Part shown: one piece after another, positions 56,301 through 64,000 of the stretch
How the letters are laid out: each line of letters starts with the position of its first letter
Numbering within the stretch: position 1 is the first letter of the stretch
Origin: a virus
Length of the DNA stretch: 64,000 nt
Reading direction: 5' to 3' (one strand)
Virus record (IMG/VR): IMGVR_UViG_3300045988_179398
Span: 1 to 64,000 of that record
Position numbers and translations under genes: made by a program
The notes under the pieces: generated by a model
The model's input: only the letters and a program-made list of their open reading frames with translations
Database searches by the model: none
Told to the model about the DNA's origin: nothing

Positions 56301-56974
56301 GTTGAAAGTAAAGCGACAACGGCTTCGAATGAAGAAAAAATGACCGCGTATTTGACGCGATTAGGCGTCGGCGCAGATGGGAAAATGGCTTTAACACCCG
56401 AAGAACAGGCAGATTACTGGTCTCAATACGAGCGTGCGCTTGACAAACAGGCTCGCGCGGAAGAAGAGATTTTCGGTATTCGAAATAAAGCGCAGACAAG
56501 TTACGGAACAGAGAAAAACTTACTTTATCAAATTGCAGACGAGAAAGAAAAAGCGCTGGTAACGGATAAAGCAAATGTCGCAATGCTCGAAAAGATTGTT
56601 GGCAAACTTGATCCGACCCGTCTTGCGAACATCAAAGAACAGGTTGCACTTAACCAACAGCTTTATAAACTGCAAGCACTCAAACAAACCCGTGGCGCGA
56701 CCTCTATTTGGGACGTTATGGCGAACGATATTCGTCGTGCGACCATGCGTATTGCAGACTTCGGAATTGCTGCGAAGGTTTTAAACAAGATTCCGCAGGA
56801 TATACAGAAGGTAATTCAGTATACGAAAGAGTTAGACGCGGCGATGACGAATATCAGAATCGTTAGCGGAAAATCGATGGAAGAAGCGCAGGAATTTATG
56901 CGCGGATTACAACAAATAGCACAAAAAACAGGTACAACTTTAAGCGAGTTGGCGAGTGCTGCCAACGAGTGGCT
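50376..56974 (+). CDS. giant virion protein, exon 1 (aa 1-2199 plus 2 nt): RNAP beta-prime-like double-psi-barrel motif and start of the tape-measure core
   Basis: NRFPSIAQLSAVFSSYHVSSQLQGKDIMVGAAIAKFVNGDYDGD (nt 53730-53861). The C-terminal ...MTNIRIVSGKSMEEAQEFMRGLQQIAQKTGTTLSELASAANEWL is TP901-type TMP core. The apparent tail DDCLGHYKLL* is intron read-through. Confidence 0.75.
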
Positions 56975-57281
56975 TGACGATTGTCTGGGTCACTATAAAC
57001 TCCTTTAATTGCTGGAACCCCCTTAGAACCATATAGCTACAACATAACGATGAAATATGCGCAAGTGTGATAGTTGAAAATATATGGATTGGGAAATCAG
57101 CAGCCAAGCCTCGAATAGAGGAAGGTTCAACGAATATGTTCCACGAGTGTGGATAATGGGGAGCTCTACATAGAGAAATCTATGCGAAAGATATATTCTG
57201 AACTTCTGGGGAAACTCAGAGAAAATTCTATTATAGAATCTTTTAAATGATAAACTAAATTTAAAAGTAACACAATTACAG
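56975..57281 (+). ncRNA. group I self-splicing intron (IA-like, ORF-less, 307 nt)
   Basis: P1: exon AGUGGCU (56968-56974) pairs with GGUCACU (56988-56994), with a terminal U.G. P AAUUGCUGGAA (57007-17), Q AAUCAGCAGCC (57095-105), R GUUCAACGAAUAUG (57125-38), S AAGAUAUAUUC (57188-98). Ends in G57281. Splicing restores the frame. Confidence 0.85.
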
Positions 57282-60200
57282 ACAAGGTTATGAAAGCACT
57301 GAGGAGATAGAAGAACTTCTCGACGCTTCGACAAAATTAAGTAAGCTTGGTATGATACCCGCAAGCGAAAGCGTTAAACTCTTAACGTCGAGCTTAAAAG
57401 GTATGAAGTTATCCGCGAACGAAGCGATTTCCGTCGTTGATAAGTTGACAAAACTTGACATGAAGAGTGCTACGAGTGCGCAGGAACTCGCCCAAGCTTT
57501 AAGCAAGGTTGCAAACTCGGCGCGTCTCGCGAAAGTGTCTCAAGACGAAATTTTGGGTATTCTCAGTGTCGGTATTGAAACGACGCAACAGAGTGGTGAT
57601 GTTATCGGCACGGCTGTCAGAAGTCTTTTGGCAAGGTTCTCAAACGTTAAAGCTTCGAAATTTGGCGGAAGTGGAGAAGAAACCGAGGGAACGTTGAACG
57701 ATACGGAAGCCGTTCTTTCTAAGATTGGAATTCGTATAAGAAGTGCGTCGGGCGAAATGCGCTCGTTTATAGACGTTCTCGATGATGTCGCAGAAAAGTG
57801 GGATACTCTCGATGATGTTTCCCGTAATGCCATCAGTACCGCCATGGCAGGCACTAGACAAAAGGAGATCTTCGCATCAATCATTGAAAATTACGATCGC
57901 GTAAGAGAATTGATAAACGAATCTGCCAATGCCGCAGGAACCGCTGACGAGAAATACACCGCTTACATGGACTCTATGGAGGCGGCGACGAAGCGGCTCC
58001 AAAACGCGTGGGAAGGATTTACTCAATCGCTCGAAACGAGCACGGTAATGAAATCTATTACAAATACGGCTGCGTTTTTTGTCGAAAATGCTGATAAACT
58101 CAAGTATCTTGTGACTTATATAGCAGCCGCTGGTTCAGTAAAATTTTTTAACTTCTTGACCAACAAAGGCGAAACGGGCGGCTGGAAAGGTTTGGTTGCC
58201 AATATCCCGTTTGTAGGCAGAGGAACGAAGACTAACAATATCCTCGAAAGTATTGACAAAAAAGTCGGCAACATCGAGAGAGGTGTCGGAGCGGATTCGT
58301 TAGCAAATCAAACAAAGAATGGTGGTTTCTTTAAAAGGCTTGGCGGTTTCTTAAAAACTGGCTTTGGATTTGGGGATATTTATGATCCAGAAACTGGGAA
58401 GAGTATTTCTTATAGAGAAGCAAAGGCATATGGCAAACTTTTAAAATCGACTACTGGGGGGACCGCAGTAACCGATCCACAAATGAACCAATATGTAAAA
58501 CTCCTTAAACAGCGTAAAATCGGTAATGTCGCGATGGGTGCAACTTCTGCCGTTTTAACTAATCTGTTTACTACGAAACAAGTCGGCGGAAGCGGATTTG
58601 GGAAGCTGGTTAATACAACCAATCAAACCGTAGAAGAAACTACTGGCGATAAAATCGGGAGGACGGTTCTTTCTGGTGCCCTTGCTGGGCTCGGAGGATA
58701 CGTTTTAGGTCCTTTTGGAGCTATAATTGGGCAAACTCTAGGCGAAAATTTTGCAGGAATGTTCTCGACTTGGTTCCATCGTGACGAGCTTGCGATGAAG
58801 CAGCGCGTCGCTGAAGCCAAAGAGAATCTTGCAGCGCTGAAAAACTTGGATACGACCTTAGACAGTATAAATCTTGCAGAAGAAGGCAGCGCTGATGAGT
58901 TCGCGAATAAATTGAGAGATTATTTCACAGATAACCCCGATTTGTTCAAGCCCTTAATAGGATCATTAAACGATAGTAAAGCGATACAGGGAATAGATAG
59001 AATTTCTCAATTAGTGAACTTAGTTAAGAACAATAACACGGCCGACAACGAGAAGATTTTACAGGCGTTGAAAGTCGCTATTCCCAAAGGGAAAATCGGG
59101 GAGATATACGACTCTCAAGAAGAAGAACGCGCGAAAATTATAAAAGAAGAACAATCGGTTATTTATAGTGTTTCACAGTTACGTGATATTTTAGACCGTG
59201 TTAGTCAGGTCGATAAGAGTGTAGATTGGAGCCCCATAATAGGTGGAGATTGGGGCACCATAGAGGGAAGACTGGCCATTTTCGAAAAGCTCCGAGATAT
59301 AAATAGTGAAAATCTTAAGGATATTCTGCCTGATGAGTACATTGATTATTATATAAACAAAGTGAAACCCCTTGCTATAAAAATGCAAGCGCTGGATGAC
59401 GAGATTCTTACCCCGATTGCGCAATTCGGTTTTAATAAGTCTAATATTGCCAATCTTTCGGGGTATGAATTGACCGATCTCGGTGTTGAGGGGGCTGTCA
59501 AAAAGGTTGCAGATACACTGCAAGACGCGGGTTATAATGTCATGACTAACGGTCTGATACATAGGGATATATATGACCAGATTATGAATCAAATTAAAAA
59601 ATCTGATATATATAAGAGTTTGCAGTATGGTACAAAGACCATAGGGGAACTCGACCTAAACAAGGAACAAGATTTAAAGAGATTTGAACAGTTCGCTCAC
59701 GCGTTTGGTATTTCTATAGACAAAGCCGAAAAATTAAAAGAAGAATTCGGAGATTTATCTACTGCGATGGCTTATATGACGCCGCAAGAAGTGCTTGATT
59801 ATTATAATAATTTATCGTCCATATTCAACGATTTGGCTACTAACGCCGCAGTTTCGGCTGAAAACATCGAAAAAATATTAACCGACGAAAATTATAAGAG
59901 TCTTATTCCTTATTTAACCAAAGGGAACGAAGCACTTCAAGCCAACCTTTATAAAAGGTTGTTGGGCGGAGAGAAGGACTTTGTTTATGAGGCATCTTTA
60001 TTTTCTTCGTTAATGTCCAACAAGGATATTTTTGAGAGTTTCACAGATAAGCTCGAAGACGAAGGTTTGAAGAAGAGAATTAGCGAATTAGGCTACACGT
60101 CTTTCCAATCCATTATTTCTGCCGTTCAGGACGGGACCATTAAAGAGAGTGATGAAATTGTTCAAAAGGCAAAAGAAGAAATCGAAGCTTGGAACGTAGA

Positions 60201-61467
60201 ATACAAGAAAGACTTGGAGGGGACCAATAAACTTATTTCTTATCAAACGTCCCTTTTAGACAAACAAATCACTAACCTTAACGACCAAAAATCGGCGTTA
60301 AAAGATGTTAACAATGAGCGCGAAAAAGAGCTTAATCTCATAAAGGCGAGACAAGCACTTGAAGACGCACGGAAAGAAAAGAAGAGGGTTTATCGTGCGG
60401 GTGTCGGGTTTGTTATGGAAAGTAACGAAGAAGCAATAAATTCCGCTCAGAAAGCGCTCGACGATCTTGACGTTGAAAAGAGGCAGGAGGAAATCCAACT
60501 TCGAATAGACGCCCTACAGCAAGAAAAAGATATTCTAGAAAATTTGCCCAAAGAAGAAGAAATGGCGCAGCTTTCGAAGATATATGCTCAATGGGCTGGC
60601 GATGGCGAAGGCAGCATGAACTCTGTTTCCAAGGCAACCGCCGATTTGGTTGCAAAATACAAAGATTCAATCGGGGCGCTGGATGCTTATAAAAAGTTCG
60701 TCGATGAACTTAGGATTGAAAAGCCCAAAGATAATACCCCGCCGTCTTCCAACAACAACACTTTAGGTGCTCGACGTATCAATGTGGGTAGTATTGAGGG
60801 TGTAGATGACGATAAGTATAAGAAAAATTATAGGGGTTACGACGGGATGTCGATCACATTCGACGGAACAACGTATGAAGTGTTAACGTCGAATAAGAAA
60901 GATGATATTAGAGAGCAAGAATTTATCAAAGCCAAGTATAAAGAATTATATAAAAATCCCAAAACAGGAGAAGTTGACGATCCTAAAACAGGAGATGTCG
61001 TCTCCTATGGTGGGAACTATTATGTTTACCACGAAAGTAATACAACTTGGGAAAAAATTCTTAATGAAAGAGATGGCGAAGAGTTAATTAAAGCTTTCCG
61101 TGACAAGGGATATTCTTCTGGAACAACTTCCTTCCAAGGTGGCAGAGCTCTTGTCAATGAGCTCGGAACCGAGGCGGTCATTACTCCAGGCGGCACGCTT
61201 ACCGCGCTTCCTTCGAAGACGGGTATCGTCCCTGCGGACATAACCCGAAATGTTTGGGCACTCGGCGAAGTTGCTCCGACGCTGGTTGCGCAGCTTAGTT
61301 CGCTTAATCAAAAAGCGCTCACTGGCAACGCTGGAAACACGACTTATGAAGAAGGTCAATACATCGATAATCTTACCATGAACGTTTATCCGACAAAGGA
61401 TTACGATATGGATAAGTTGCTTTCCGAGGCGCGTGCCAAGGCGAAGCTCACAAGGCACAACAATTAA
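57282..61467 (+). CDS. giant virion protein, exon 2 (1,394 aa): rest of the tape-measure core and C-terminal region
   Basis: The frame is open from 57271. The junction CT|A gives ...ANEWL-QGYESTEEIEELLDASTKLSKLGMIPASESVKLLTSSLKGMK..., a continuous TMP core. The C-terminus has VNELGTEAVITPGGTLTALP, typical of TMP ends. Confidence 0.8.
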
Positions 61468-61535
61468 ATAAAGGTGGGGATAAGGCGGGGTAAAACCCGC
61501 CGATATCCGCACTAAATAGAAATAAGGAGAGAATT

Positions 61536-62336
61536 ATGTTATATTTAAATTATGCAAAGCCCATACAGGGCGGAAACATCTTGAACTTCTTCGCAGACTC
61601 TGAAAAAGACCTCGAAGCGGTGAGCGGCGGCAAAAAGTTCATAGCGAATAACGGAACGGATTATGGCGTGCCCGCCGATAGTTCTACGGTGATAATCACG
61701 CTGCCCGATAAGACTAAAAAGACATATATGTTGAGTGGCGGCGAGTGGATTGAAAACCCTGGAATAGAGAGTTTTATTAATACAGAGTTAAATCCGACAA
61801 AGATGAGTTTGCCATTGATTGATGCAATTGGAACTTTAGCAAAAAAACCTGCTGATTATTGTCTCGCGCCACAATATGATGAAAAAACTGGGTTTGTATT
61901 TGGAAATGAGTTTATAGAACTACAAACTAATACTCATTTTAATGGAGATGAAACTGGCGCATCAAAACCTATGCCTGGGGAGTTATATATAGTGTTTCTT
62001 CCCGACATAAATGACTTTGGGAGTATAATGACCTCGACAGACCGTGATATTCAATGTGAAACTCCCACCACATATATCTGCAAGGTTGTGGAAACAACAA
62101 ATCAAGATTATTTTTTAATAAATTATGATTGTACTTTGGAAACCCCTGAAGATTATTCTAATTTTTACCAGTATTTGATGAGTGAATTTAACGGTGTTTA
62201 TGACGAGAGATACTCTTCGGTAAAATTTGCCTGTCCATATAATTCATCTGGAGAAATAAGTTTTGCTCTCGGCGGTTTCATAACAAGAGAAAAACGTCTT
62301 AAGTCGATGACTTTTTCGATGATAAGAATTAAATAA
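61536..62336 (+). CDS. tail-associated protein (266 aa) sharing its N-terminal domain with ORF 39525
   Basis: See ORF 39525. AAGGAGAG SD. Confidence 0.7.
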   Translation: MLYLNYAKPIQGGNILNFFADSEKDLEAVSGGKKFIANNGTDYGVPADSSTVIITLPDKTKKTYMLSGGEWIENPGIESFINTELNPTKMSLPLIDAIGTLAKKPADYCLAPQYDEKTGFVFGNEFIELQTNTHFNGDETGASKPMPGELYIVFLPDINDFGSIMTSTDRDIQCETPTTYICKVVETTNQDYFLINYDCTLETPEDYSNFYQYLMSEFNGVYDERYSSVKFACPYNSSGEISFALGGFITREKRLKSMTFSMIRIK

Positions 62337-62453
62337 AATAATGGTTTTATCGCGTTTCCATTAAAAAACGCGTTACCATTAGTTTGGGTGTGGCGGTTGA
62401 GAAAACCTCCCGCCCGCCACGACTCAATAAAAAAATAAAGAGGAGGAAAAATC

Positions 62454-64000
62454 ATGGCGGTTTATAAACCAAGTAATTGCGTCCCGTTTTTATCTTGTTG
62501 GGATTTGACGCAGCCCCAATACATTAGCGGAGAATTGAACACTTCGAATGAAACCGTGACGGGGTATAAAGTTAGAGTTTTAGATAGTGAAAATAACACA
62601 ATTTTTGAAGGGAGCGAGTTTAACCCAATAAACTTTTCAGACAAAGTAATAAACAGCGGTCTCAACGGCTCAATTTTAACTCTTCCCTTAATTGTTTCGG
62701 TTGATAACTTGGAGACTGCGGATGCGCAGTATAATTTTATATATTATCAGAAAGGGCAAAATAAGTGGTATGGTTTTGCCAAAAACTCTTTTTACGAAAT
62801 CTCCAATTTTTCGAACAATTATCCCGACCAGCCATACAAATGGCAGATAACGCTCGCACAGGGTCAGCAAAACATAGATGGTGTTCTTGAACAGCAACCC
62901 TCCGACGAATACTTCGATATGGTAATCGACGAAGCAAAAATTCTCGGCTCGACTGGAAACCGTATTCAGAGTTGGTTGTCGGAAAATATATACAAAGATT
63001 ATTACATTCAATTATACGACGCAAGTAACAACGAACTCGGCGTGAGAACGCGCATCTCGAGTTACGATCATTCTTATGGTTTCATATACCCGCAAGAAAA
63101 TACGATTTCGCAAGAATTGGTCGATAGTGCGAGTTACTTTAAAATCTTCAAAGACACGAATGACCCGCAATACGTTTCAACGGCGAGGTTGATTAATTAC
63201 AGGTTAAAGACCGATATAGACAAGGTTGTGCTTGATGGTAAATTCCCGATAAATACTGAAAGTTTCGATGGTAGATTTAAACCTTCGGGAGATCCTTCTG
63301 TAGTTTCAAACCCTTATTTTACGCAGGTTTATGACGGGGATGTAACGAGTAATGTTACTTACGGAGCTTATACAAGGACAGAGAATACCACACCCCTCGC
63401 GGAAGGTACGACGTTTTTACTTATGTATCAAGGCGATACAAATACCGAACCAAACCCTACTTATAATAAATATAATGGTGTGTTTGCTTTCCAGTCGGCA
63501 GAGTTTAAAGATGGGAAAACCACGATTAAATGGTTACGCCCCGCTAACTTCAACAAATACTCCGATTTTCTTAATCGGTTGATTTGCGTTCAAAGCGAAA
63601 ACACAAATTACAGCACGAGCGCGACGGCAGAAAATCTCGGTACGATTAACCAAACCGAATTGATGTTCTACGACGAAACCGCGATAGGGTTATACCCCGT
63701 TTACGAAGACGGAACCAAGACTCTGAAAGTCGCGGAGGTAACGCTCGCCAATTCCGCGATAGGGAAGCCGCAAAATTTTGAGGGCGGCATCATTTCGTCG
63801 GTAAAGGTCAAAGCTCAACTAACGGGGGTAACCTTAACTGCGATTTGTCTTGGCGGTAATAAGTATGTTGTTAAAGCGCCAGATACATATACAGGAACGG
63901 CAACCGTAAATATCACCTATATGGAAGATAAAGGTGAAGTTTTCAAAAATACGGCGGGAAAGGCGTATATACGCCCGTTTATTGGAATTCATGCGGGCGA
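62454..64000 (+). CDS. large tail/baseplate-type structural protein, partial (runs off window end)
   Basis: ATG 62454 with AGAGGAGG 8 nt upstream. My translation MAVYKPSNCVPFLSCWDLTQPQYISGELNTSNE... has no stop up to 64000. Absent from the track for that reason. Confidence 0.7.
   Translation, partial: MAVYKPSNCVPFLSCWDLTQPQYISGELNTSNETVTGYKVRVLDSENNTIFEGSEFNPINFSDKVINSGLNGSILTLPLIVSVDNLETADAQYNFIYYQKGQNKWYGFAKNSFYEISNFSNNYPDQPYKWQITLAQGQQNIDGVLEQQPSDEYFDMVIDEAKILGSTGNRIQSWLSENIYKDYYIQLYDASNNELGVRTRISSYDHSYGFIYPQENTISQELVDSASYFKIFKDTNDPQYVSTARLINYRLKTDIDKVVLDGKFPINTESFDGRFKPSGDPSVVSNPYFTQVYDGDVTSNVTYGAYTRTENTTPLAEGTTFLLMYQGDTNTEPNPTYNKYNGVFAFQSAEFKDGKTTIKWLRPANFNKYSDFLNRLICVQSENTNYSTSATAENLGTINQTELMFYDETAIGLYPVYEDGTKTLKVAEVTLANSAIGKPQNFEGGIISSVKVKAQLTGVTLTAICLGGNKYVVKAPDTYTGTATVNITYMEDKGEVFKNTAGKAYIRPFIGIHAG

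Noticed and set aside
56975-57351. Alternative reading: two separate genes (stop at 57008, new start at ATG 57352), or a sequencing frameshift
   Set aside because: The gap splits a single conserved tape-measure core. The exon-2 frame is already open and homologous from 57283, and the gap contains P1 and the P/Q/R/S group I elements. A simple frameshift would not add about 300 nt.
57023-57364. 113-aa minus-strand ORF inside the intron region, considered as an intron-encoded homing endonuclease
   Set aside because: It is on the wrong strand, has no SD and no LAGLIDADG, GIY-YIG or HNH motif, and it overlaps the intron core helices. The intron is best treated as ORF-less.

Overview
This window is a segment of a tailed dsDNA phage or prophage (Caudoviricetes). 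Strong AGGAGG-type Shine-Dalgarno sites and TTGACA-N17-TATAAT promoters suggest a Gram-positive (Bacillota-like) host. The layout has five parts. (i) 1-2711 is a leftward block of very small early-type ORFs, punctuated by two canonical hammerhead ribozymes. (ii) 2712-5536 holds a divergent regulatory region with a C-rich, G-poor tract, one rightward moron-like ORF, and a TnpB-only IS200/IS605-type element. (iii) 5537-12489 is a leftward auxiliary and nucleotide-metabolism block: PPP-type phosphatase, serine hydroxymethyltransferase, a divergent ThyX, an HNH-AP2 endonuclease, a PhoH-like ATPase and a ClpP-like protease. (iv) 12490-13199 is a 0.7-kb ORF-free, highly structured region that may encode a large ncRNA or act as an origin. 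(v) 13200-64000 carries rightward genes. They encode a HAD nucleotidase, a dNMP kinase, a YonO/RdRP-like single-subunit RNA polymerase, two paralogous multi-HTH nucleases, terminase, portal, scaffold, capsid and tail/fibre proteins. They also include a tyrosine recombinase and a tape-measure-type giant gene. That giant gene is interrupted by a 307-nt ORF-less group I intron. The spliced product would be about 3,594 aa, and its N-terminal half carries a second beta-prime-like NxDxDGD catalytic motif. I therefore propose it as a candidate virion-delivered RNA polymerase fused to a tape measure. I recognised no tRNA, rRNA or CRISPR array. All calls come from reading the sequence and the ORF translations; no database search or folding program was run.
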